Position numbers and translations under genes: made by a program
Notes under the pieces: model-generated
Told to the model about the DNA's origin: nothing
Database searches by the model: none
The model's input: only the letters and a program-made list of their open reading frames with translations
Shown here: positions 18,843 to 28,857 of the stretch, in pieces
Layout of the letters: the number at the start of each line of letters is the position of its first letter
Numbering within the stretch: position 1 is the stretch's first letter
Virus record (IMG/VR): IMGVR_UViG_3300014911_000006
Source of the DNA: a virus
DNA: 57,580 nucleotides
Reading direction: 5' to 3' (one strand)

Positions 18843-19581
18843 CTCTAGCTATACCTTCCAGTATATACTCTTCTGCTAGTTCATCTATAGGTATATTTCT
18901 CTTCTTAGATGCACTAAATAGTCTCTTATAACACTTCTCAGATATCTTTATAGTATATCTTCTCTCTATAATAGTAGTAGACTCTTTCTCTTTCTTTATC
19001 TCCTCTAGTTTAGAAGGTATCCTCTCTGGTTCTAGTCTAGATATCTTCTCAGCAGTTCTCTGAGGTAACTCCTGTATAACCTGTCTTAGCTCTTGTCTCT
19101 TATCTTCTTCTATCTTGGTTTCTTCTAGCTTCTCTTCTATAGCTCCATATCTAGTCCATCTATAGATAGTCTTTCTGGTTACTCCTAGTCTCTTAGCAAC
19201 CTTATCTATACTCCCCAGCTTCTCTACTAGAGATTCTATAGCCTCACATCTCTCTAGAGGAGTAATATCCTCTCTAAGAATATTCTCTATAAGAGACTCT
19301 ATCTTTCTCTCTGTCTCATCTACTTCTTTAACTATAACAGGTATCTTTACTCTATATCCCTCATTATATAGTTCTCTTAAAGCTAGTAGCCTTCTCTGTC
19401 CAATATATACTAGATACTTATCATTCTCTCTTCTAGCTACTAGAGGTTCTAATACTCCACTCTCTCTAATAGATTCTTTAAGAGACTGGAAAGACTCATC
19501 CTTAGATACTAGCTTCCTAACATTACTCTCCTTATCTAGCTCTAGAAGAGATATATCCTCTAATATCTGAAAATGGGACAT
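18832..19581 (-). CDS. parB: ParB/Spo0J-like protein: ParB domain + HTH + C-terminal RHH
   Basis: GVLEPLV...GQRRL..L, EN..REDI, HTH KVAKRLGVTRKTIYRW. Confidence 0.85.
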   Translation of the reverse strand: MSHFQILEDISLLELDKESNVRKLVSKDESFQSLKESIRESGVLEPLVARRENDKYLVYIGQRRLLALRELYNEGYRVKIPVIVKEVDETERKIESLIENILREDITPLERCEAIESLVEKLGSIDKVAKRLGVTRKTIYRWTRYGAIEEKLEETKIEEDKRQELRQVIQELPQRTAEKISRLEPERIPSKLEEIKKEKESTTIIERRYTIKISEKCYKRLFSASKKRNIPIDELAEEYILEGIARDGL

Positions 19582-19591
19582 CGTGTCCCAT
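19573..19591. promoter_or_regulatory. palindrome ATGGGACA-N3-TGTCCCAT overlapping the parB start codon
   Basis: perfect inverted repeat; second copy at 57208-57224. Confidence 0.7.
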
Positions 19592-19597
19592 CCTCCT

Positions 19598-20596
19598 CTA
19601 TTTCCATCCTAGTATATCATCTAGATCTATCTGTGTAGTCTCTCTAATAGATCTATATTCTGGATAGACATATACTCCATACACATCTAACACTATATCA
19701 TCTCTTATCCTTCTAGTCTTACCTATAGCTATCACTTTACTATACTCTGTAAAGTCTAGCTTATACTCTTCATGTAGAAAACATCTAAGAGATAGAGATC
19801 CTATCTCCTCTGGATCTATCAGTATAAACATTCTCTGATTAGTATATGGTGAAGGTAACATTATTCTTCTTACTATACCCTCTACTCCTACTATTCTAAA
19901 TGGATTCTTACTGTTCTCTTGATGATAGCTATCTAGTGTCCTTATAGTCTCCATAGGAATATGAGTCTTAACTAGATCAGATATATTCCAATCTGTCTCT
20001 ATAGTCTTAAACTGAGTATACTTACTAGAGTTGAGAACTATCTCTCCATTCTCCTTCTTAACTATAGCTCTAAACTCAGAAGGTGTAAACAGATCAGTAT
20101 CTATATCTACTCTATCCTGAGATAGTGTTAGTCTACCTCTCTTCCATCCATGATCTCTCTGTACCAATAAGAATAGTCTTCTAATGAGTATCTTCTCTGG
20201 TAGAGGTTTCTTATAGTTAGGAGAACTAGGATCTCTTCTATCCAGTACATTACCATCCTCATCTGTTAATCCCATCTGTATAGCTAACAGTCTATCCTCA
20301 TTATATATCTTCATAGCTTTTCTTCTCATTAGATCAGCTATATTGATCTTACCTGTATCTCCTATCACTATACCTCTCAATATCTTACTAGGAGATCTAG
20401 TTATACCCTCTAGTCTAAATGATATTTCTGATACTAGTCTATTGTAAGCTATATCATATAACAGACTATCACTAGCATTAGGATTACTCTTCTTCTCTAT
20501 CTCTACTATTCTCTCTAGAGCAGTAGTAAGCTTATCTAGAGGTATATCTGATCTCTCAGATATCTTCTTTAACTTAGAAGTATATTTCTCTATTAT
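19598..20596 (-). CDS. RPA-like OB-fold ssDNA-binding protein; reading frame extends 72 codons above track start 20380 to an ATA at 20596
   Basis: open frame IIEKYTSKLKKISERSDIPLDKL... in frame with the track ORF; GAGGTGA upstream; OB-like beta strands in the C-half. Confidence 0.6.
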   Translation of the reverse strand: MIEKYTSKLKKISERSDIPLDKLTTALERIVEIEKKSNPNASDSLLYDIAYNRLVSEISFRLEGITRSPSKILRGIVIGDTGKINIADLMRRKAMKIYNEDRLLAIQMGLTDEDGNVLDRRDPSSPNYKKPLPEKILIRRLFLLVQRDHGWKRGRLTLSQDRVDIDTDLFTPSEFRAIVKKENGEIVLNSSKYTQFKTIETDWNISDLVKTHIPMETIRTLDSYHQENSKNPFRIVGVEGIVRRIMLPSPYTNQRMFILIDPEEIGSLSLRCFLHEEYKLDFTEYSKVIAIGKTRRIRDDIVLDVYGVYVYPEYRSIRETTQIDLDDILGWK

Positions 20597-20727
20597 TGTT
20601 GATCACCTCTCTTCTTCTCTCTAAACATATGCCCTCTTAAAACAGATATAATAAAGGAAGATATATCCTCTTTAGTAGATAGATATTCTTCTATATCATC
20701 TGGTATCTCTAATAACAGTCTTCTCAA
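20593..20727 (-). CDS. 44-aa ribbon-helix-helix (CopG-like) regulator (not in ORF track)
   Basis: MRRLLLEIPDDIEEYL...ISSFIISVLR strand-helix-helix pattern. Confidence 0.6.
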   Translation of the reverse strand: MRRLLLEIPDDIEEYLSTKEDISSFIISVLRGHMFREKKRGDQQ

Positions 20728-20731
20728 TATA

Positions 20732-20974
20732 TTAACCCTCTCTAGCAGACTGTACAGATCTTGTACCAAAGTACCATGCTACTATCATAGAGAAACAGGT
20801 TATAGCAGTAGTAATAACATTAGAGAAGACATCTGCTCTTATATTACCAGATACTTCTATATGAGAAGTAATCCACCATGTAAGATAAGATACCTCTCCC
20901 ATAGCCCATATAGTAACTAGCTTCCTCATAGGAGCTTTAATCTTAGTAAAGAATGAACTCATATATAGATACAC
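20732..20974 (-). CDS. holin-like membrane protein
   Basis: two hydrophobic segments ending IVAWYFGTRS. Confidence 0.55.
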   Translation of the reverse strand: MYLYMSSFFTKIKAPMRKLVTIWAMGEVSYLTWWITSHIEVSGNIRADVFSNVITTAITCFSMIVAWYFGTRSVQSAREG

Positions 20975-21086
20975 CTCCCTCTTCTTCTATCTTATTTCTA
21001 AAGCTCTTATAACAAGAAAGAGATATCATTCCTCTTCATCTCTTAAACAGATAAGAGGTTAAGATAATAGTAGATAGGAGAGATAT

Positions 21087-21272
21087 TTAAGTCTTCTTTC
21101 TAGACTCTATATAGATATCAACTAGATAACAGAGAAAATAAAGAGGTATAGAGACAACTAGACTAGGAGGAAACAGTATACCTATCAAGAGTACAACTAT
21201 AGCCCATCTATGATGATTGAGTCTTCTCTTAACTCTCTCTAGCTCTCTCTTAATATTCTCTATTTCACTCAT
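21087..21272 (-). CDS. small membrane protein
   Basis: WAIVVLLIGILFPPSLVVSIPLYFLCYLV. Confidence 0.6.
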   Translation of the reverse strand: MSEIENIKRELERVKRRLNHHRWAIVVLLIGILFPPSLVVSIPLYFLCYLVDIYIESRKKT

Positions 21273-22093
21273 AGATGTACCCTTCTTATAATATACTTAC
21301 TCTTAAATGGAGTATCTCCTCTCTCATTATCTTCCTTAGACCAGTATGTATTAGTCTGAGGTTCAAAATAGTAGAACTTGTAATTATCATTCTCCTTTAC
21401 TAGAAATATATTGAATCCATGCCCACCATATCCTTCCACTATACCTATACAGTATCCTACATTGTTGATATAATAGTACATATTACAGAATGACTTAAAG
21501 GATATAGCAAAGTCTTCACAGTCAAATAGTTCAGCTATATAGTTCTGATAGTGTACCCAACATGAGTCTATGATCTTCTTCATATCCTCTAGTGTAGGTA
21601 TCCTGTATTTCCAATCTAGAGGTTGATGTTCTACTGTAGAATCCCATCTATAAAGTAGATCCTGTATCTTGTCTCCTGTTAACTCTGTATCTACAGTTAT
21701 CTTAGTACCTAGATATGCAAACAATGCTCTATTAGCAGTATACCATATTGCAGATCTCTCTACTAGACTCTTATCTTTCCAGTATGATACTAGCTCTCTT
21801 AGACTCTTAATAAGATCACTAGAGTTACTAGGATGTAACATATCAAACAGGATCTTATTCTCCTCTCTAATCTCATCTAACTGTTTCTGTAGATTCTTAA
21901 TCTCTTCTTTATATTGAGATACTCTATTAAGAGTCTCCTTTAACTGTTCATCTAGAGACTCATATCTCTTAACATACAGTAGCTTCTCTATATTACAGTC
22001 ATGTAGACTCTTCTCTAAACTCTTAACCATACTCTCTAAACTATCTATCCTCTTCTTATATCTAGAACAGATAAGATCCATAAAGATAGACAT
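21269..22093 (-). CDS. coiled-coil + papain/transglutaminase-like cysteine peptidase (candidate lysin)
   Basis: FDCEDFA...GHGFN...YFEPQ putative C-H-E triad. Confidence 0.65.
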   Translation of the reverse strand: MSIFMDLICSRYKKRIDSLESMVKSLEKSLHDCNIEKLLYVKRYESLDEQLKETLNRVSQYKEEIKNLQKQLDEIREENKILFDMLHPSNSSDLIKSLRELVSYWKDKSLVERSAIWYTANRALFAYLGTKITVDTELTGDKIQDLLYRWDSTVEHQPLDWKYRIPTLEDMKKIIDSCWVHYQNYIAELFDCEDFAISFKSFCNMYYYINNVGYCIGIVEGYGGHGFNIFLVKENDNYKFYYFEPQTNTYWSKEDNERGDTPFKSKYIIRRVHL

Positions 22094-22101
22094 ATATCAT
22101 A

Positions 22102-22344
22102 TCACCTCCAATCTGTAATAATATGTTCTTCTAATCTCTTAACTCTTCTCTCTAACTTCTCTAATCTATCTAATATCTCTCTCATAATATCAGACTCATA
22201 TCTCCTAATATATCTAGATAGAAAAGGCTTAGACAGTATCTCCCTAGCTAGACTATCCTCTATATCTAAAGGAACACCTACCCTAAACTCTATATCTCTA
22301 TCTCTAATCTTAACCCTCACATTCTTACTAGATACAAGCTTCAA
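22102..22344 (-). CDS. hypothetical protein with C-terminal coiled coil
   Basis: ORF track; follows the tail hub gene. Confidence 0.6.
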   Translation of the reverse strand: MKLVSSKNVRVKIRDRDIEFRVGVPLDIEDSLAREILSKPFLSRYIRRYESDIMREILDRLEKLERRVKRLEEHIITDWR

Positions 22345-22394
22345 TATCTAAACCACCTCTTTTCAATATATTATATTATATAATAGATAAGAGA

Positions 22395-25300
22395 TTACTT
22401 GAACCATCCTCTAATCTCATCTATCTCTCTAATCTTCTCTCCTATTCTCTTAGCCTTTGCTGTTATCTCTAGATCAGCTAGCTCTCCAGAGTCATCTATG
22501 GTTCTCCTTACTCTCTCTACTCTGTATCCTCCCTTTAGAGATAGATCATCACTATCTAGATAGATATAGTCTCCTGCCTCTATTCTCTCTGCCTTCTCAT
22601 CTAACTCTTTAACTGTTCTCTTATATGTAGGATCTTTATGCTTTCTAACCAGTTTCTCTGCCATATTCAGAGCACTAGATCTAGTCTCTAAACGATTATC
22701 AATATATACTGAGCTTCTTTCTCCATATAGATTTATAGAGGTAGTGTCAGAATATTCTGCCTCTATACGTTCATTTCCTATAGTTGCACCTATCACTTTC
22801 CATTTATTTACTAAGGGTAGTGTTTCAGAGTGTTCTATCATATCACAATCTTCCCCTTCAGTAATAGTTAATGTTAGATCCTTCCTGACACCTCTTCCAG
22901 TAGTAAATGCAAGAAGACCCTTAGAGTCAAAATAGATCTCTAAACTAGCAAGATCTCCTATTCTCTTTAATGCATCACTCAATGTCTCATAATCTACCTC
23001 TAGATTAAGAGCATTATTATAGTAAGTAACATCCCAATTAAGTAGATCAGGTGAGACATTCTTCTGACTGGTCTCAAACTTAGCTTTTAGTTTTATACTA
23101 GAAACAGATATACTAGATATATCATAAGGCAACTGAGAAGGAGTAATGTCAGATATCAAAACATTATCAGCTGAATCAAGGATATCAAATTTCAAAGTCT
23201 GACCATTAAGGCTGACACTAGCATCCAACTTATCCCAGCTAAGATGATAGGGAGGGGAGATAGTAGCAATCATCTCTCCATAAGTTGGAAAGATAACTAT
23301 CTTGAAAGCAATATCATGTGCTGACTGTGATGACCATGTAGAACCACCATCATCAGAAGTATATTTATTGCCATTAGGATATTCACCAGTTAGCCAATAA
23401 CAAACATAATAATAATGTGAAGAGTCCCCTTCAGAGGTATAGAAGACTAGATAATAAGTAGTATTTGCTTGAAAGAGATAGTTAAGATCTCCAGTATCAA
23501 ACTCTATGGTAAACCAATCCTCAGTAGTAGGTACTTCACCTGATTCAAGTGATTTAGAAATAATATTGCTACCAGTTAGACTTTCTCTTATAGCTACAGT
23601 TAACGGGTTAGGTGGATGATAAGAAGTTCTTGATAATTTGACTATAGCTTTTAAAATGTAGCCAGATGTACTTAATTGAAAGCTTTGAGCAAGTTGATAA
23701 CCATCATAAATTTGGTAACCAAGTTCATCTGTACCTGAAGTAGATTGCTGATCTGTATCTTCATCCTTGAGATTTACTTTAGCATCTGCTCCAGTACCTT
23801 CTACTTCTACATGAGAAAGAGTATTACCATTAAAGTCTTCATCTGTTGTTTGTAACCACTCATTATAAACATAAGCAATATCTGGTGTCTGTTGAATCAT
23901 TACTTCTCCTATCACTCCATGATGACTCCATACTGCTCCTGTTATACTAGCATTATATCCATTACCACTTGTATCTGTTAATGTAGATCCACTACCCTCT
24001 GTAAACTTATACTCTATAAACAGACCATCTCTAATATCAGTATTATTGATATATCTATCTTTAACCTCATCTGGAGATAGTGCTCTACTATATAATCTTA
24101 TTAGACAGATATCTCCTCTAAAATAGTTACCAGATGAGAATGTATCTGGAGAGAAACTGAAACCAGAATAGTAATCACTAGATGTTATCTCTCCATCTTT
24201 ATATGTTACTAGATATTCACCATCATAGGTAGCTACAAAGTGATGCCATCTGTTATCCTGTATCTTCCAGTAATCATGGGTGTGTCTAAGAGTAGTAGAG
24301 TTTACTTTATCATAAAGCCAGAAGTTAAAACCCCATGCATTCAAATAGGATCCAGCTAAGTAATTTGATTCTTCTAGTCTAGCTAACCATCCCTCTCCTC
24401 TAGGTTTAGCCCATACTTCAAATGTAAAGGAAGATAGAGATGTAGCAGAGAATGTAGCTTGTATATAGTCATCACCATCAAACTGTAGACAGTAGTTTCT
24501 ATCTAGAAGATCAGATACTATATCCTCTACCTTCTGATCTACATATGATATACTACCTGTAAGCTTCTTCTCTAATAGAGAGGAGAAGTCTCTAGCTATT
24601 ATTCTACTCCTCTTACTATATCCTTCTTCTTCTTTCTCTATCTGTTCTATTACTCCTGTAAATACAGGATCTATACTATCTCTCTTAACTATTATACTTC
24701 TATTCACTACAGGTTCTTCTAGATGATCAGATACTATCTCTACTCTACTAGGAAAGTTAACATTCTCCTCTGTCTTTATCTCTTCTACTTCTAATCTTCT
24801 AACATAAGACTTCCATCTAGCTCCATATATAGTACCATCATTACCATTACCTGAATAATCTATAACAGTAGTACCTGCTCTCTCATCAAACTTATACCAT
24901 AACACTAGATCAGTCTTATCTTTAGGTGCTCTATATAAATAACTATAGATAATCTCTTCCTGTGTTAACGCTTTCTTGTATATTCTAACTTCATCTATTG
25001 CCCCGTTTAACCAATCTGTAGAACCAGTAGTCGCTAAATAGAAATTATCACAAGTGTTGATAGCTCCAACAGAGGATACATCCATCTCAGTAGAACTCTT
25101 CTTACCATCTAGATATGCTTTCACTTTATTGTCTGAACGATCTAATACTATAACTATATGATGCCAGTTACCATCTAACCATTCTACATCTGAGAATGTA
25201 GTTACAGCTACATTAGAACCATCATCAAATCTCACTCTTAATTTACCATTAACGCCATCTGCTCCTGCATAACAGTAACGATCAGCTACTCCATTGATAG

Positions 25301-26705
25301 GTCTAAAATCATAGAATCTATCATAGTGAGAACCAGACCATGTACCCTTTATCCATGCCTCTATACTCCATGATCCATCCTCTGGTAAGAGATTACTGTT
25401 ATTGGGAGCATTAACATAGTCATCTACTCCATCAAAATCTAGACATCCCTCTATTGTTTCAGCTATAGGTGAAGCAGGAGAACTACAGTAAGAGTTATCA
25501 TAAAAGAAACCTAAACCTCTTCCTGTAAGAGAGGATATTCGGTGTCCTCCTTCCTGTTCAAAGTTGATCCACCATCTCAGCTTACTCTTATTCTTAGGAT
25601 AGAGAGTAGAAGATAGATATTTAATCTCTGAAGAAGAGAGAACTCTATCATAGATCTTGACATCTCTTATCCAACCTTTAAAATATCTACCTAGACAGAC
25701 ATCATTGGTAGAGCTAACATCTGTCTCTATTCCTGTCTGTTCAGACATCAATATACCATCCTTATACAATCTAAGAATACCATTCTGTTTATCATATACT
25801 CCAGCTAGAGTTGTCCAAGTGTTTCTAGGGAACTTATCTATCTCTAGATATCTCCATCCACCATAGGAAGAAGAGTATACTCCCCATCTCATCTTATCTG
25901 TATTAGCTGGAATATAGAAAGCATAACAAGAATATTTGATAACAGGATCTTGCTCAGATGAAGAAGTCTCCTTCCACTTTAGAGTAACCAGAACAGTTAC
26001 TCCTTCTGAATCTATATTTCTTCCTCTCTCATATAAAGGACATCTACCTCCACTTCCATCAAAATATACACATCCTCTATCTACTGTATGTCCTTCAGTC
26101 CATACTGCTCCTACTATAGATCCATCATTATAGGAATAGTGTCTATTGTAAACAGTATTTCCTCTACCTTCATCTATCTCTAGTAAGAGCTTAGGAGAAG
26201 TAGGATGATAAAGTCTACCAGAGATATATGATCTTCTTATCTCTTCAGCTGTTAGTGCTTTCTGATAAACAGCTACAAAAGAGATAGCACCTATACAGTA
26301 TTGACCAATATAGACAGGATTAGTATTAGTCTTAATAGAAGTTGAAACATCTTTAGTAGCTTTCTCTTCACCATCCAAATAGAATCTAAGAACACTACCA
26401 TCATAAGTACCTGCAATATGATGCCACTTACCATCAGGAGTCCATCCTATCTCTGCAAAGTATCTGTTACCATCTGGATTCCAGAACTCTACACCTAGTC
26501 TTCCTGTAGGAGTAAAGAAAAAGAGAGACCATGCTCCATTCTTATAAACTAAACGATTCATTGATTGAGTAGTATTGGATTCATCTAGCTTAAACCAACA
26601 TGCTACTGTAATCACATCACTTATATTCAGAGCATCATAGTGATCTACCTTAACATAGTCATCTCCATCAAAGTATAATCCATATCCTATAGTCTTCTGA
26701 ACCAT
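22395..26705 (-). CDS. baseplate hub/tail-tip protein with multiple LamG (ConA-like) domains
   Basis: repeated LxFDGxDDY...WHH...YDG..IDEVRIY..AL LamG units; hub segments VFTGVIEQIE and LKRIGDLASLEIYFD; downstream of TMP and Dit. Confidence 0.8.
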   Translation of the reverse strand: MVQKTIGYGLYFDGDDYVKVDHYDALNISDVITVACWFKLDESNTTQSMNRLVYKNGAWSLFFFTPTGRLGVEFWNPDGNRYFAEIGWTPDGKWHHIAGTYDGSVLRFYLDGEEKATKDVSTSIKTNTNPVYIGQYCIGAISFVAVYQKALTAEEIRRSYISGRLYHPTSPKLLLEIDEGRGNTVYNRHYSYNDGSIVGAVWTEGHTVDRGCVYFDGSGGRCPLYERGRNIDSEGVTVLVTLKWKETSSSEQDPVIKYSCYAFYIPANTDKMRWGVYSSSYGGWRYLEIDKFPRNTWTTLAGVYDKQNGILRLYKDGILMSEQTGIETDVSSTNDVCLGRYFKGWIRDVKIYDRVLSSSEIKYLSSTLYPKNKSKLRWWINFEQEGGHRISSLTGRGLGFFYDNSYCSSPASPIAETIEGCLDFDGVDDYVNAPNNSNLLPEDGSWSIEAWIKGTWSGSHYDRFYDFRPINGVADRYCYAGADGVNGKLRVRFDDGSNVAVTTFSDVEWLDGNWHHIVIVLDRSDNKVKAYLDGKKSSTEMDVSSVGAINTCDNFYLATTGSTDWLNGAIDEVRIYKKALTQEEIIYSYLYRAPKDKTDLVLWYKFDERAGTTVIDYSGNGNDGTIYGARWKSYVRRLEVEEIKTEENVNFPSRVEIVSDHLEEPVVNRSIIVKRDSIDPVFTGVIEQIEKEEEGYSKRSRIIARDFSSLLEKKLTGSISYVDQKVEDIVSDLLDRNYCLQFDGDDYIQATFSATSLSSFTFEVWAKPRGEGWLARLEESNYLAGSYLNAWGFNFWLYDKVNSTTLRHTHDYWKIQDNRWHHFVATYDGEYLVTYKDGEITSSDYYSGFSFSPDTFSSGNYFRGDICLIRLYSRALSPDEVKDRYINNTDIRDGLFIEYKFTEGSGSTLTDTSGNGYNASITGAVWSHHGVIGEVMIQQTPDIAYVYNEWLQTTDEDFNGNTLSHVEVEGTGADAKVNLKDEDTDQQSTSGTDELGYQIYDGYQLAQSFQLSTSGYILKAIVKLSRTSYHPPNPLTVAIRESLTGSNIISKSLESGEVPTTEDWFTIEFDTGDLNYLFQANTTYYLVFYTSEGDSSHYYYVCYWLTGEYPNGNKYTSDDGGSTWSSQSAHDIAFKIVIFPTYGEMIATISPPYHLSWDKLDASVSLNGQTLKFDILDSADNVLISDITPSQLPYDISSISVSSIKLKAKFETSQKNVSPDLLNWDVTYYNNALNLEVDYETLSDALKRIGDLASLEIYFDSKGLLAFTTGRGVRKDLTLTITEGEDCDMIEHSETLPLVNKWKVIGATIGNERIEAEYSDTTSINLYGERSSVYIDNRLETRSSALNMAEKLVRKHKDPTYKRTVKELDEKAERIEAGDYIYLDSDDLSLKGGYRVERVRRTIDDSGELADLEITAKAKRIGEKIREIDEIRGWFK

Positions 26706-26711
26706 ATATCA

Positions 26712-27134
26712 TCACTTCTGAGAGGATACCTTCTCAAACTGTAATATATAGGAGATAGTGGGAGATGCATTCTGATCTGTATCCCACTTCTTAGCCTCTT
26801 CTAGAGTGAATCTAGCATCCTTCAATATTACTAGATCAGCATTAACCTCTCCCTGTAGAGGATACTGTAGATCATATGCAGATCCCCATGTCAATACAGA
26901 CTCTAACTGTGATCTCTTATATGGATTAAGCTTACCTTCTAGTGTTATTCTAACCACTATCTTTCTTCTCCATACAGCTAGAGGATAGTATTTAGGATCT
27001 TTAGATCTCCTTATTCTCCACTCTGGTATTATCTGCTTAGTTATCTTACTAGGCTTAGGAGAGAATGTAAATAGAGTCTCTCCTGTATCCTTATCTCTTA
27101 TCTCTACTGTTGTATCATTAGCTACCCATACCAT
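26712..27134 (-). CDS. distal tail (Dit)-like protein
   Basis: position directly after TMP; size. Confidence 0.55.
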   Translation of the reverse strand: MVWVANDTTVEIRDKDTGETLFTFSPKPSKITKQIIPEWRIRRSKDPKYYPLAVWRRKIVVRITLEGKLNPYKRSQLESVLTWGSAYDLQYPLQGEVNADLVILKDARFTLEEAKKWDTDQNASPTISYILQFEKVSSQK

Positions 27135-27138
27135 ATCT

Positions 27139-28857
27139 CTACACTCCCTCCCTCTGTAGTCTAGATAGTTCTTCTGCTATCCTATAGATATCTGCCTCTT
27201 CTCTAACTGTAGCCTCTACATTGAATATATTGTTGATAACTATCTCTCCAGTAGAGGGTACAGGTTCTCTATATGGTACTACAATTTCAGCAGGATGAAG
27301 ATATGCTAATCCTCCCCTCTCTACAAAACCTCCTCTTTGAACTTTAGGTACTTTAACCATTTCTTCATAACTCCGATAACCCAAATAAACTGCTCTCTGA
27401 GCTTCAATAGTAGTAACTACTCCACCTCCTCTAATCTTAGCTAATTCTCTAAGAATATTAAGAACAGCTACTCTAGTCTTATCCTCCATTTTCTTTAAGA
27501 TGTCACCCCAAGTTTTCAACATACCTTCCCAAGGTTCTTCCACATTTTTAGGAATACCTTTAAAAAGATCTTCTATTGTGATTATTTTAACACCTGATTG
27601 ATCCATCTTCTTATCAAGTTTAAAGAATGAAGCTCTTAAACTATCTGATGTTATTGTTCCTGTGATTCCTAACTGTTGAAGTGAAGAGTTCAAAGTAGCC
27701 AAAGTGAACTGACCTAGTGCTTGTAGTTCAGGGAAAGGCTTACCTAACTCTATCAATCCTTGCTTAGTAAGAGTCAAAACGTTTCTTAGATCTACAAACC
27801 CTCCTGCAAGTAGAAGAGGCACTCCTATATAGGGTTGACCAGAGAGTGTAAGGAGAGCTCCTGCTAGAGTTATTCCTATTCCTGCTACCATCCCTAAAAT
27901 ATCACCTAGTAAAGCCCAGAGACCAGTACTCTCACCTAGAGAATCCTCTATATCATATAATATATCTTGTATAAACTCAAATACTGGAGCAAAGTAGTCT
28001 CCTAGTATATCTCCTATAATATCAAATGTCTCTGATACCTGTTCTCCCATCTCTCCTGAGAAGAGAAACATCATACCTAGACTAGCTATAGCTCCTCCTG
28101 CTATCATAGCTTTCTTACCTAGCTTCTTTATGCCTCTAGTCATTCCCTTTACTCCTCTATTTATCTTTCTACCTAGCTTATTGAATACTGTAAACTGAGT
28201 ATTGGTTTCTATCATATTGTTGTTAACAGGGATTAAACCTCTAACTAGAGCAAAGCTACCTTTCTTGTTTTCAGCTAGATTCTTGGCTAACTGTTTAGTG
28301 GTCTCTACTGCCTTACCACTACTAGAAAGAAAACTCTTCATCTTAGCTGTTAATGTACCTATACCTGAAGCTAGATATCCTACAGTAATACCTAGAGATA
28401 ATATAGGCATAGCTAATCTCTCTAATAGGAAGAAGAATGTGAAACCTACAGCTAACAGATATCTAGTTGCCATACCTAGAGCATCTTCTCTCTCCACTAG
28501 ATCTCTCATAACCTCTAGGAAGGGAGTAAGAGTATCTAGAATATTAGCTATAGTCTCTCCTAGAGGCATAAGAGCATCTGATACTATGATACTCCACTCA
28601 TCCATCAGTACTCCTACATCTACAGACTCCTCAGCTATAGTTCTCCACATTCTCTCCCATACAAACATGACTCCCAGTAAACCCATAATCCTCATAAAAG
28701 CCCATTTAGCAAATCTATCAAACTTACTCCATGTTCTCTCTGTTATCTGTTCAGCAGTCTTACCAGTCCTCTTTATCTGCTCCTCTGTCTTCTTTATCTG
28801 TTCTGCTCCTCTAACATTTACATCTACAGTAATTCTAAATGGTTGACTACTGCTCAT
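27139..28857 (-). CDS. tape measure protein
   Basis: helical, with hydrophobic stretches and C-terminal GGFV..GG.AYLH..E.VVP motif; synteny. Confidence 0.85.
   Translation of the reverse strand: MSSSQPFRITVDVNVRGAEQIKKTEEQIKRTGKTAEQITERTWSKFDRFAKWAFMRIMGLLGVMFVWERMWRTIAEESVDVGVLMDEWSIIVSDALMPLGETIANILDTLTPFLEVMRDLVEREDALGMATRYLLAVGFTFFFLLERLAMPILSLGITVGYLASGIGTLTAKMKSFLSSSGKAVETTKQLAKNLAENKKGSFALVRGLIPVNNNMIETNTQFTVFNKLGRKINRGVKGMTRGIKKLGKKAMIAGGAIASLGMMFLFSGEMGEQVSETFDIIGDILGDYFAPVFEFIQDILYDIEDSLGESTGLWALLGDILGMVAGIGITLAGALLTLSGQPYIGVPLLLAGGFVDLRNVLTLTKQGLIELGKPFPELQALGQFTLATLNSSLQQLGITGTITSDSLRASFFKLDKKMDQSGVKIITIEDLFKGIPKNVEEPWEGMLKTWGDILKKMEDKTRVAVLNILRELAKIRGGGVVTTIEAQRAVYLGYRSYEEMVKVPKVQRGGFVERGGLAYLHPAEIVVPYREPVPSTGEIVINNIFNVEATVREEADIYRIAEELSRLQREGV

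Noticed and set aside
22395-26705. Diversity-generating retroelement targeting tail/LamG domains
   Set aside because: No reverse transcriptase and no near-identical TR/VR pair differing at adenines was seen
28202-28846. 214-aa antisense ORF on the + strand
   Set aside because: Mirror of the tape measure frame; no RBS or motifs; expected from biased codon usage
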